Part shown: piece by piece, positions 12,704 to 24,458 of the stretch
Layout of the letters: the number at the start of each line of letters is the position of its first letter
How positions within the stretch are numbered: the first letter of the stretch is position 1
Assembly: GCF_000315625.1 (NCBI RefSeq)
Contig: NW_005434613.1
Coordinates: 67,029-131,028 of the forward strand
Source of the DNA: Guillardia theta CCMP2712
Lineage: Eukaryota > Protista > Cryptophyta
DNA: 64,000 nt
Reading direction: 5' to 3'
Program-made: the position numbers and the translations under genes
Notes under the pieces: generated by a model
Seen by the model: the letters and a program-made list of their open reading frames with translations, nothing else
The model's database searches: none
Told to the model about the DNA's origin: nothing

Positions 12704-15547
12704 ATGCCGCGTACTCTGGAGGAGATACGAGCAGCAGCAAAAGCTGGCAAGGAGCAAGGGGCGTCGGGCAGGCCGAAGGATCCCGAGCCATCATCGAAGC
12801 CAAGCAAAGGCACCAAGCCGAGCACGAATGGCAGCACCGCGCTCGTCGTCTCATCGTCGGGGAACGGGGCAGCCAAGTATCCGGGCCGCATGAAAGCGTC
12901 AGAGGCAGCGTCGCAATGGACTGAGTCCAGAGCGCTAGTCCCTTCCAAGGGCAAAGACCTGACGCCCATGCAGACACCCAAGGTCTGTGAGCTCCCATGA
13001 GCTGACGACGAGCTAATGTCTTTCAGGCTGTCCCGAAGACTTCTTGGAAGCGAACTGATGTGGAGGACGACGGAAGTCAGAGACTTGACTTAGTGTCGCA
13101 AACAAACAGCCTCGGCATGCCCAAGTTCTCGTCGGGTAAGAACGTGAGCAGCTTCTCAGCGTTCGCCGAACAAGAAGACGGAAGCAGCAGCCGAGCATCT
13201 ACACCAGAGACGCTGCCGGTGCCTTATCGCTTACGCTCTTCCTCGCCTTGTCTCTTTGACTCTCTGGCGTCTCCAAACAGGAAGAAGCTCCTGCGATGCA
13301 CGGAGTTGGAGAAGCTGCTTCGGCAGCTTTCGACATGACAGTCAACCATTGCAAGTTGCTCATTCTTATCAGCAAATACGCGCAATGTGCGCTGACGGCG
13401 GAAGACAACGAGTCGTGGATAAGGCAGGTGCCGTTATGGGTCCTTATCTACGAGGGTATCATGAAAGAGGTAAGGCAGTGTTGAGTTAGGCAGTAACTAG
13501 ATGACCTCAAACTATGCACTGATGACGTCTGGTTTGACACATGGCGTGTCGTGCAGGTTATACAGTTCGACTACGCTCCTTGTTCTGTCCTCCTCTCCTA
13601 CGACGGGAGCTCACGGCGAATGTTCTTGAACATCTCACAAGAAGCCAAGTCAGCCATCGAGGACTTGTACACTCGATCTTGTCGCCTCCCACTCCTCGTC
13701 TGCTCTGACGTGTGACGGTCCAGGAGGGAACAAAGTCTCCTCAATGGGCTCAAGCTCTCGTCCGAGGACTATCAGTCAGTGACCTCCTTCCAGGTCCGTC
13801 CGGGGCCCGTCGGACAGTTGCGCAGCTGACCTGCTAGCTGGCAGGTCTCCCTCAAGGGGCTGCAGTTCCTGAAGACCCTCCCCAACAGTCTCTTTGAGGA
13901 GGTCAACCAGTTCCTTTACGCGCCGAATGCTCCGGTAGACCGTGGACGAAGAGAAAGTTTGAGGGACTGACTCGTTCTCCTGTTTCTTCTACTGCTCCTC
14001 CTGCTTCTTCTACTGCTCCTCCTGCTCTTCCTTCTGCTCCTCCTTCTGCTCTTACTCCTTCTGCTGCTCCTGCTGCTCCTCCTGCTGCTCCTCCTCCTGC
14101 TCCTGCTCCTCCTTCTGCTACTCCTTCTGCTCCTACTCCTGCTGCTCCTCCTGCTGCTCCTCCTGCTGCTCCTGCTGCTCCTCCTTCTTCTCCTTCTGCT
14201 CCTACTCCTGCTCCTACTCCTGCTGCTCCTTCTGCTGCTCCTTCTGCTCCTCCTTCTGCTCCTCCTTCTGCTCCTACTCCTTCTTCTCCTTCTGCTCCTA
14301 CTCCTGCTGCTGCCCCTGCCCCTGCCCTGCCCCTGCCTGTGCTGCTCCTCCGCTCGTTCACCTCTATGTTTCTTCTTTCTCCTCCTCCTCCTCCTCCTCC
14401 TCCTGCTCCTCCGCCTCCTCCTCCTCCTCCTCCTCCGCCGCCTCCTCCTCCTCCTCCTCCTCCTCCTCTCCTCCTCGAACACAGCACTACGACTCCGAGC
14501 TCCTTGAGGTAATCAAGTCATCTCCTCCTCGACCGCCCTTGATCTTGTGCTCTCGTGACCAGGTCTTCTTCGACGGGGAGAATTTTCTGCTGCGCTCCAA
14601 GAGCGGCTTCCAGCGGATGTCAGATGTGACGGATGTCGAGGATGTGTCCTACGTTTCGAGCCCCTTCCTGCCTGACTCCCTCCGGACGCGCTGGGGAAAG
14701 CCGATGATCTCCAATGCTCACCGAGCAGCGGAGTCGAGCGCGGCAGCTGCGACTATACGGAAAGATCTCGGTAGAGGAAGAAGAGAGGAGAGGAGAAGAG
14801 GGAGGGAGGGAGGGAGGGAGGGAAGAGAGGGGAGGGAGGGGAAGGAACTTGGTAGAGGAGGGAGAGAGGGGAGAGGGGGAGGGAGGAAAGAAGGGGGAGT
14901 GAGACGAAGGAGGGAACGAGAAGGAGGGAGGAAGGAGGGTAAGAGGGGAGGATGGAAGGAAGGGAAAGGATCAGGAGGGGGGGAGGGAGAGAGAGGGGAG
15001 AGGCTAACTGGATTTGGTAGATGAGGCGATTGTTCTCTCTTACTGCACCGTCCTTGTTGGAGAATGGTTGGTGGAGGGGATGCTGAGGGATACTGAGAAG
15101 TTGACATTTATCCTGCTCCTCCTCTTCTCTCTTCTCTCCTGTTCCCTGCTTCTCTCCGACATTTTCCTCCGATATACTTCCCTCCTCTTTGTTCTTGCTG
15201 CCGCTGCCGCTGCCGCTGCTGCTGCTGCTGATGCTCCTCCTCCTCCTCCTCCTCCTCCTCCTCCTGCCCTTCATCACCCATCCTTTTTGGTCCTGTTCTC
15301 CCTTTTCTTCCTTTTTGTCTTCCCCTTTCCTCTTCTCTCTTCATCCTCAGGGTTCCGTTCGGTGCCAACAACATCGTAGCTCTCAACGAGCGACTCGGGG
15401 CGTTTGACAGATGTCAAGGAGGACTTTTTACAGCCTTGGTGGACAAACATCCGTCGGATACCAACTTCAAAGTGTGACGCGTTTAAGTGAAGCTTTTTAA
15501 AGCGATGATGATGATGATGATGATGATGATTGAGATGATGATGATTG

Positions 15548-15614
<67 letters not shown>

Positions 15615-18600
15615 AACGAAGACGAAGACGAAGACGACGACGACGATGATGATGAGAATCGTGATCGTGGTGTCTGTGTTGTTGTCAGTTGCCGTGATGA
15701 TGATGAAGTCAAGGTCATGATGTTGCTGCTGCCGCTGCTTCTTCCCTCGTTTCCCTCGTCCTCTCGCATGTGAGAAAGTTGGCAGGTTCCAGCAGGCTTG
15801 ACATCCATCAGAATCATCGACTTCAACCTTGTCCGTTTCATCAACTTCGAGGCAGAAATCAACTTCCCCGAGGAGGATGGAATGGTTCAGATTGAGGTAT
15901 ATATTCTCCTTCCTCTCCTTCCTCTCCTTCTCCCCTCCCTCCTCTCCTCTCATTCGCTCTCTTGTTTTCTCTCCTCTGCCCTCCTCTGCTCTCCTGTCCC
16001 CTCCTTTCTTTCCCCCCTCCATCTCCTCCTCTCCTCGCTCTCCTTACACTCTTGTCTCCCTGCCCTCCCTCCTGTCTTTACCATCTTTCTCTGTCCGTCC
16101 CTGGTCCACCACGACCTTGCGAATATCCTCTTCCTCTCTCATGCCCTCCACTTCTGCATCCACTTCCTCTGTCTCCTCCTCGCTCTCCTTCCTTCTCCTT
16201 CCCGCTCATGACTAGGTCGCCAGCACTTTGGCATGCACATCAATGTTGACGGAACCATCTTCTACGGTACGAGGGGAGGGGAGGGGAGGTGGGAGGGGAG
16301 ACAAGAACGAGGACGAAAGGAGGAAGAGCAGCAGCAGAAGCAGCAGCATCACGAAGGAATTGTGTGTGGGGGGAGGTTGGTGGGGGGAAGGAGGAGCAGG
16401 AGGATGAGGATGAGGAGGGGGAGGGGGAGGGGGAGGGGGAGGGGGAAAAGGAGGAGCAAGTGGGGGAGGGGGAGGGGTAGTGAGAAGAGGACGAGCATGA
16501 ACAGCAGCAGGAAGGGATTTGTCTCTTGCTAACTCGTCCCAGGGCTCAAGGTAGAGGCGATCGTCGATCACGGAGCTTCAGATATCTCGCTCGACAACCT
16601 CTCGAGAGTCTTGGTGGACGTTCAGGTCAGGACCGTCTCCTGCGCCTGTCAACCCTCAGCTGCTCTACCCCAGCTGGACTCGAGCAAGATCCTCAACGAC
16701 CTGCTCACCAACTACCAGCGGGGGCTGCTGGATGTTCTCTTCCTCGGAGACTCCGACCAGCGCAACAAGTTGGGCCTGCTGGGCAGGGTGCTGGGACTGA
16801 GTTATGTCAGGTACTGCATGGTAGTTGCCGACCGGATCCAGCCGAAGATGCCGGCGCAGGCGTATGTGGACAGAGACAAGTATGAGAACGAGCTGAAGCA
16901 GGTGAGCGAGAGAAGATGGAGATGTTTGTGCTGGTTGTGAACTGAGTTGTGGTGGGAAGAGTTGATGATGATAGAGATGATGATGATGATGGTGGTTATG
17001 ATGATGATGATGATGATGATGGTTATGATGATGATGATGATGATGGAGATGATGGAGATGATGGAGAAGGAGGATTTAATGATGATGATTATAAAGGAGA
17101 TGTTGCTGGTGATGATGATGGAAATGACGACAACGATGGTGGTGGTGGTGGTGATGATGATGATGATAGAGATGATGATGGTAATGTTCATGTTCAAGAT
17201 GAATATTTGGTTACTCGCACTTAACACGTTTTTTTTTCCATCAAAGGTCATCGGCGATCTCTACATGGCGCACGACATCGGGCAGGAGGATTTGATTATT
17301 GTCGGCAAAGATGGTCTGATCCTAGTGGGTCCCAACGCGGTTGTCTTGGAACCCCTNNNNNNNNNNNNNNNNNNNNNNNNNNNNNNNNNNNNNNNNNNNN
17401 NNNNNNNNNNNNNNNNNNNNNNNNNNNNNNNNNNNNNNNNNNNNNNNNNNNNNNNNAGACGATGAGGTGGAAGAGAAGGAGACGACCTGCTTCTCTTGCT
17501 TCCTCCTCCTCCTCCTCCTCCTCCCTCCTCCTCTCCTCCTCCTCCTCCTCTCCTCCTGCTCCTGCTCCTGCTCCTCTCCTCTCCTCTCTCCTCTCCTGGC
17601 CTCTATTCTCTCATCTTGCTTTCCAGCGACAACGTCAAACTTCGTGTCCGTGACCTTGCAAAGCTCGTGGATGGCGCAGCAAATCAGCTTGTGAGCTACA
17701 AACGTTCTCCTCCTCCCTCTTCTTCGTCCTTTCGCATGCTTCCTCCCTCCTACCTCCTGTTGTCCTGTCCTGTCCTGTCCTGTCCTGTCCTGCTCTGTCC
17801 TGTCCTGTCCTGTCCTGTCCTGTCCTGTCCTGTCCTGTCCTGTCTTGTCCTTTCCTCTCCTCCTCGCTTCTCATTCTTGATCAGGTCAATCTCAACGAGA
17901 CCACGGACGCGATCAACTCCAAACAGCTCGAAGAAACTTTCAGAGCCATCGAGACCAACATGAAGTTTCTTGTCGACGCCTCCGCCGCGAATGAAAGAGG
18001 TCGAAGGACTCACAAATTTCCCTCTTACATCCCAATTTCCTTTGCTCTGCTCTGCCCTGCCCTGCCCTGCCCTGCCCTACTCTGCTCTGCTCTGCCCTGC
18101 CCTGCCCTGCCCTGCTCTGCTCTGCTCTGCTCTGCTCTTCCCTGCTCTGCTCTGCCCTGCCCTGCCCTGCCCTGCTCTGCTCCTGCTCCTGCTCCTGCTC
18201 CTGCTCTGCTCTGCTCTGCTCTGCTCTGCTCTGCTCTGCTCTGCTCTGCTCTGCTCTTACCTCCTCACTGTTAACAAACAGCTCCTGTCCTCTCTATCTG
18301 CTCTTCCCATGAGCATCTGCTCTCTCCTGCTCCCCCTCCTCCTCAAGCTCCTCCAGCTCCTGCTCACCTCCGTCTCCTGCTCCTGCTACTCCGTCTCCGT
18401 CTCCTGCTCCTGCTCCTCCTGCTCCCCTCTCTCTTCCTCTTGTGCTCTTGTCTCATTTGGTCGTTCAGCCTCCGCCTCCCTCGCCATCATGCAAGTTGTG
18501 CTAGCGGGGTCGTTTGCCTTCGACATCATCGACCGGATCGGTGAGAGCCCGAGCTCGATCCTCCTGCTCCTGACGCTGAAGCAGGAGGAGCGACGTTAAA

Positions 18601-19330
18601 CATCGGGCCTCCGCAATGGGTAAGGGGAATGAGATGAGGAGAGAAGGAGAAAAGCAGGGGAGAACGAGAGAGGAGAGGAGAGCAGAGCAGAGGAGGAGAA
18701 AATAGATGGGAGGGAGGGGACAGGACAGGACAGGACAGGACAGGACAGGACAGGACAGGACAGGACAGGACAGGACAGGATAGGACAGGACAGGACAGGA
18801 CAGGACAGGACAGGACAGGAAGGGACAGAACTTGTCAGACAGAGAGGAGAGGGTCTCAGGCAAGTGATCGAGTTTGTCATGCTACTGTCTTGCAGGTCAA
18901 CTCGTTGATAGTTGAGCCTCTCCTGCTCCCCCCGGGTGTCTGGCTAGCTGTAAACTTCGTCTGGATGGCTGTCCTGTGCTACTTCCTCGCTCGGCTGATG
19001 CAGTACCTCTCTCGCAAGACCTTGGTGCGTCCTCCTCCTGCTTCTCCTCCTCTTGCTCCTCTCACTCAACTCTTCTTATCTGCCCGTTTCTGCTCTGCCC
19101 CCAGCTCCTACTCCTTCGTCTTTTGCTTCTGCTTTTCCTCCTTTTCCTCCCCTGCTGTCTCCACCCACTTTCCTTTCCTCGTATCTCCTTCTCCTGTTGC
19201 CCTCACGTTCTCCTTCTCTTCCGCGTCCTCCCCGCGTCCTCCTCCTCCCTCACGCGCTCTCACGTGTCTGACTGAGAGCCAGGGGCTAATGACAGTTCGC
19301 TGTATCCTGAACAAGAAGATCAAGTCCGAG
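12704..19330 (+). CDS. Multi-exon conserved hypothetical protein: possible winged-helix N-domain and CorA-like C-terminal two-TM region (interrupted by assembly gaps)
   Basis: Exons read WIRQVPLWVLIYEGI|VIQFDYAP..LNISQEAKSAIEDL|REQSLLNGLKLSSEDYQSVTSFQ|VSLKGLQFL..; VPFGANNIVALNERLG; NFEAEINFPEEDGMVQIE; SLAIMQVVLAGSFAFDIIDRI; GVWLAVNFVWMAVLCYFLARLMQYLS. Coding status is clear; fold calls are inference. Confidence 0.75.
13975..14475. repeat. Degenerate CTN trinucleotide low-complexity tract inside an intron
   Basis: Mixed ctc/ctg/ctt/cta runs between a GT donor near 13902 and an AG near 14484. Confidence 0.85.
15503..15655. repeat. (GAT)n/(GAC)n microsatellite, intronic
   Basis: Direct tandem run. 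Confidence 0.9.
16962..17182. repeat. Degenerate (GAT/GGT)n microsatellite, intronic
   Basis: Direct tandem run between the ELKQ and VIGDL exons. Confidence 0.85.
17757..18830. repeat. Cluster of pentamer microsatellites (TGTCC)n, (CTGCT/CTGCC)n, (CAGGA)n in successive introns
   Basis: Tandem runs at ~17760-17850, ~18043-18255 and ~18718-18820. Confidence 0.85.
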
Positions 19331-19812
19331 GATGGGCTGCTGAGTGAGCAGAGGGGAGGAGTTGATATGGGGGAGAGGGAGAGGGAAGGGAAGGTCGTGG
19401 TGGCAAGGGAAAGAAGGTAGGATGAGGAGTGGAGGATAGGAGGGAAGGGCAGTGAAAGGAAGAGAGGATCGAAAGGGCAAATAACGGACAAAGGAGGAGG
19501 AGGAGGAGGAGAGGGAGAGGGAAGAAGTTGAAGCAGGGGATGAGGAAATCGTGGAATTTGAAACGCGGAGGCGAGGGATGAGAGAGAAGGGAGAAGGAAG
19601 AGAGGAGAAGGGAAAGGGAGGGGAGAAGGGAAAGGGAAGAGAGGAGAAGGGAAAGGGAAGAGAGGAGAAGGGAAAGGGAAGTGAGGAGAAGGGAGAAGGA
19701 CAAGTGATAAGGAGGGAGAAGGAAGAGAGGAGAAGCAGAACGAAAAGACTACAGACAACCCCATCCACGGACGGTCGAACACAAAAGAGCAATTGGTTTG
19801 ATCTTGCTATCG

Positions 19813-20742
19813 NNNNNNNNNNNNNNNNNNNNNNNNNNNNNNNNNNNNNNNNNNNNNNNNNNNNNNNNNNNNNNNNNNNNNNNNNNNNNNNNNNNNNNNN
19901 NNNNNNNNNNNNNNNNNNNNNNNNNNNNNNNNNNNNNNNNNNNNNNNNNNNNNNNNNNNNNNNNNNNNNNNNNNNNNNNNNNNNNNNNNNNNNNNNNNNN
20001 NNNNNNNNNNNNNNNNNNNNNNNNNNNNNNNNNNNNNNNNNNNNNNNNNNNNNNNNNNNNNNNNNNNNNNNNNNNNNNNNNNNNNNNNNNNNNNNNNNNN
20101 NNNNNNNNNNNNNNNNNNNNNNNNNNNNNNNNNNNNNNNNNNNNNNNNNNNNNNNNNNNNNNNNNNNNNNNNNNNNNNNNNNNNNNNNNNNNNNNNNNNN
20201 NNNNNNNNNNNNNNNNNNNNNNNNNNNNNNNNNNNNNNNNNNNNNNNNNNNNNNNNNNNNNNNNNNNNNNNNNNNNNNNNNNNNNNNNNNNNNNNNNNNN
20301 NNNNNNNNNNNNNNNNNNNNNNNNNNNNNNNNNNNNNNNNNNNNNNNNNNNNNNNNNNNNNNNNNNNNNNNNNNNNNNNNNNNNNNNNNNNNNNNNNNNN
20401 NNNNNNNNNNNNNNNNNNNNNNNNNNNNNNNNNNNNNNNNNNNNNNNNNNNNNNNNNNNNNNNNNNNNNNNNNNNNNNNNNNNNNNNNNNNNNNNNNNNN
20501 NNNNNNNNNNNNNNNNNNNNNNNNNNNNNNNNNNNNNNNNNNNNNNNNNNNNNNNNNNNNNNNNNNNNNNNNNNNNNNNNNNNNNNNNNNNNNNNNNNNN
20601 NNNNNNNNNNNNNNNNNNNNNNNNNNNNNNNNNNNNNNNNNNNNNNNNNNNNNNNNNNNNNNNNNNNNNNNNNNNNNNNNNNNNNNNNNNNNNNNNNNNN
20701 NNNNNNNNNNNNNNNNNNNNNNNNNNNNNNNNNNNNNNNNNN
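19813..20742. other. Assembly gap (N run); 100-N gaps also start at 17357, 29021, 31617, 33582 and 36297
   Basis: N characters, mostly flanked by low-complexity tracts. Confidence 0.99.
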
Positions 20743-20899
20743 AGAGGAGAGGAGGAGAGAGGAGAGGAGCGGACTGCACAGCACAGGGGAGAGGAGAGGA
20801 GGAGAGACGAGAGGAGAGGAGAGGAGAGGAGAGGAGAGGAGGAGAGAGGAGAGGAGAGGAGAGGAGGAGAGACGAGAGGAGCTGACGAGAGGAGCAGGG

Positions 20900-22530
20900 G
20901 GAGATTGAGCGAGCAATGGCCATCTCCAAGCTTCAAGGGTCCCACATCAAGTAGTTTCTCCTGCATGCATCCTCCTCCTACTTCCTTGCGGGCAGTCCAA
21001 CTTACCCGGTTGCTCCTGCTCCTGCTGGAGGCAGTGAGAGCGCGACAGTGAGACTTGTGAAGGGTTTCAGTAGCTTCATACAAGCAAAAAGGAACCGCAA
21101 CTTCACTTCTCTCCTCCTTCGACTGCTGCTGCTCCCTCTTCGCACAAGCTCTGTAGCTGACCCGTCGGGTCAAGCCGCAAGGATCCTCGTCCGACTCCGA
21201 TCCGCCTGTTCACGGCTTGCTCGTCGTCGTCATTGTCGTCGTCGTCGGAGTGGAGGCAGACGACATGGAAGGAGATCATCGGATGTTGTTGCCCTGCTGT
21301 AACTTGTTGAGAGGTAGGATGGTGTACTTGTATGACCTGTAGGATGGTGTACTTGTATGACCTGTAGGATGATGTACTTGTATGACCTGTAGGATGGTGT
21401 ACTTTCATGACCTGTAGGATGGTGTACTTGTATGACCTGTAGGATGGTGTACTTTCATGACCTGTAGGATGGTGCACTTGTATAACCTGTAGGATGGTGT
21501 ACTTTCATGACCTGTAGGATGGTGTACTTTCATGACCTGTAGGATGGTGTACTTGTATGACCTGTAGGATGGTGTACTTGTATAACCTGTAGGATGGTGT
21601 ACTTTCATGACCTGTAGGATGGTGTACTTGTATAACCTGTAGGATGGTGTACTTGTATGACCTGTAGGATGGTGTACTTTCATGACCTGTAGGATGGTGT
21701 ACTTGTATAACCTGTAGGATGGTGTACTTTCATGACCTGTAGGATGGTGTACTTGTATAACCTGTAGGATGGTGTACTTTTATGACCTGTAGGATGGTGT
21801 ACTTTCATGACCTGTAGGATGGTGTACTTGTATGACCTGTAGGATGGTGTACTTGTATGACCTGTAGGATGGTGTACTTGTATAACCTGTAGGATGGTGT
21901 ACTTGTATGACCTGTAGGATGGTGTACTTGTATAACCTGTAGGATGGTGTACTTTCATGACCTGTAGGATGGTGTACTTGTATAACGTGTGATTGTATCT
22001 CGCGTCCTAGTACGTCCAGCGACCGGCGACTTCCGGCAGGCAGGAGGCTGATCCTCTATCTCTTCACTGCATCCGCTCGCCAGGCATCTCCCTTAACTCT
22101 TGCTGCACATCTAACAGCCCTGCATGAAAATCTTCTTCAAGAATGGACAATCCTTCCAGAACGGTTATTGCACACTCAGCATAACTGCGAACTTGACGCA
22201 GTCTCATCGTATCTTGACTTGGAACTCTGCTGACATTCTCTTCAATTTGTGTGACTTTCTGACGTCCGATGTACAATTTCAGAAACTCGTGGGGGCCGTA
22301 CGATGGATCGCATTCCACTGCCGTGCCAGTCGGGTCCGATCAGATCGCAATGTAGCCTGGTACGTTTGACGAAGCCTCGGAGGAGGCCTTCCTGGCCGTC
22401 TTGCTAAGGTCCTCTCATGTCTGGATGCTTGGGTTTCACATCCTCTATGCTACGATTCGGCCTTGAGCAAAAACTGTCTTGTTGCAGCTGAAGTCGAAAC
22501 AACAAACTTGTGCTGAGTACTCAAGATCAT
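20900..22530 (-). CDS. Hypothetical multi-exon protein (runs into gap)
   Basis: Candidate exons MILSTQHKF.., ECDPSYGPHEFLKLYIGRQK..., SDDDDNDDDEQAVNRRIGVGRGSLRLD.., EKLLDVGPLKLGDGHCSL, with plausible GT-AG junctions; no recognised domain. Confidence 0.4.
21314..21986. repeat. 25-bp minisatellite, ~27 copies (CCTGTAGGATGGTGTACTTGTATGA)
   Basis: Head-to-tail units with end variants -TTGTATGA, -TTTCATGA, -TTGTATAA; no spacers. Confidence 0.97.
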
Positions 22531-22589
22531 GGCACCGTCACGCACTCGTTTCAGTAGCAGCAAACATCAAAAGTAGCTTGTAGGACTGC

Positions 22590-22920
22590 AGTGTCACTTT
22601 CGGATGGCCCCAGCTGAGTCACTGTGACTCACTGACTGAGCCGCTGAGTGAGTCAGGAGTCGCCGCTGCGGGCTGCCAGTGATCAGCCTGAGTGGTGCGG
22701 AGCCGGCGGCCCGTTTCATGGCAGTGAGGGGCCGCCGTCGGCCCGGGGCCGCCGGCTCAGTCACAGTGCTCAACTCCGAGGCTCGCTCTGAGCGGACGGA
22801 CTCGGCCCGGGCTGCCGCAGATTCCCCGCCTGGTGCCGGCCCGGCCGGGCCCGGGGGTTCACTCCCGGAGTCATGGGCCGCCGCACAAGGCACTCCGAGG
22901 CTCCGAGGCACCGATCCGTT
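22590..22920. other. GC-rich CCGG/GGCC block
   Basis: gccggcggcccg, cccggggccgccggc, ccggcccggccgggcccgggg; tcact/tcagt words; followed by aaactt/aagtt-rich AT DNA. Confidence 0.55.
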
Positions 22921-23079
22921 GAAAAGGTTAGTATGGAATTTTTCGTGTGAAAAGTTTGTAGAAAACTTGAAATTCAAGCTAGTGGTTTGAAAATTCGTAT
23001 TCGTGCTTCGGTGCTTGGCCGGGACCGAGTTGAAAAGATCTCTTTTCAATTTTATCACGTTCATATAGTCACGTACCTC

Positions 23080-23860
23080 CCTATGATTCCGAATCCGGTT
23101 TGCACAACATGACCCCCTCCCTACCCACCCCTATTTCGATATGTATTTTTGAGGTAAAGGGTGGGGTCTGAAGGTACTTTTGCCGCTCCAAGAGTAGTCC
23201 CACCCCACTACTCAAGTCACGAGCATGACCCCCTCCCCCTCCCCTGTCAAGTCTGACACTACCCTACCCACGAATCTAAGAAAATCATTTGGTACCCTAT
23301 GATCACCCTACGGTAACCTTCACTATATATTATGGACTGCAAACCACCCCTCCTAGCAAGTTCCGTGTACCACCCCCAATCGGCTCAATCCGAAGGGAGT
23401 GTTTGCCCCAAAATACCCTTTTAAAACTTTAGTTCTAGCAGGTCCCACCCTTCCGCCCTCTCAGTCCTGAATCAAATCCCCGTCATGGTTAGGTGGTTTA
23501 CCCATAGGTTACAGGGGGTGGTACCAAGGGAGGGTGGGTGAACAGTGTTTACCACAAGGGGTAGCAGTACCAATGCTGAATTTTACAGACAAGAGGTTTT
23601 AAAACTAATATCTTTGTAAAACCTGTTTTATGAAAAGCAAGGCCAACGGAGTCCAGGACTTCTTCACCCTACCCCTACCTACCCCAAATCATCGTACCCC
23701 TGAAACCTAGTTTTTTTTTAGTACCCCACCCATGTCAAATCGCATATCTGTGCCTTCCATGTCATAGGAACGGTGGGGTCATCGGATAGACTACCCACTC
23801 AGTGGTCACCACCCCCACAGGAAACGGAAAAATTTCTTCAGGAGGTTTGTGGGAACCTTC
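23080..23860. promoter_or_regulatory. Long TACCCC/GGGGTA-rich block upstream of the channel gene
   Basis: Many taccc/ctacccc/ggtacc/ggggta words. Confidence 0.4.
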
Positions 23861-24458
23861 AAGACTTTCCTCATAAACTTTGAAATTTACCTCAGAATTT
23901 CAAATTTTATCCATAAAAAGCAAAAATGTTATAACCTTCTAAAAATAGTTGTAGCGTCCATGACCTGAATGCCGCCTTATCGTAATGCCGCACGAAGGGC
24001 AACAGGGGAAGGCTGTTAGAAACACAGGGGGGCAGAGATGGACAGAGCATGTGAAGGATTCAGTGAGAGATGAAGTTGAAGTTAGCATAGGATGGATGGG
24101 GGAGGAGGAGCGTTGAAGGTTCACCGTAAGAAGACACGGACCAAGAGTTGGAAGGGGACCAGACGGCGAGGGGATGAGTGGAGTGTGCGTGCATGAGTTT
24201 GAATGGGAGGAAGTTCTACTGGAATACGATGAGAATGGGATTCAGATGGATGCAGGGTCCTTACTGAGACAGGCTTTGATGCATACCAAGTAGATGTCGT
24301 AATGATAGAAGTTCTCGATATCGCTCTTTGATTTGCGTTTTTCTTCAGGTGTTTCACGTAAAATCTTGAGTGTTTGAACCGAAACAGCCATTTACTAGAG
24401 GGTGGGGGGATGAGCCCGTGAAACTTTGAAGGCGTGGGTCCCATCATAATCTTTTGCA

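Noticed and set aside
13903-14487. Protamine-like (RRSRS) or Gly/Ala-rich ORFs on the minus strand
   Set aside because: Translation of an intronic CTN low-complexity tract of the plus-strand gene
19286-21173. Long 370-550 aa ORFs
   Set aside because: They run through the N gap and adjacent (GGAGA)n repeats
21314-21986. CRISPR array
   Set aside because: Units are contiguous with no unique spacers, no cas genes are present, and the context is eukaryotic
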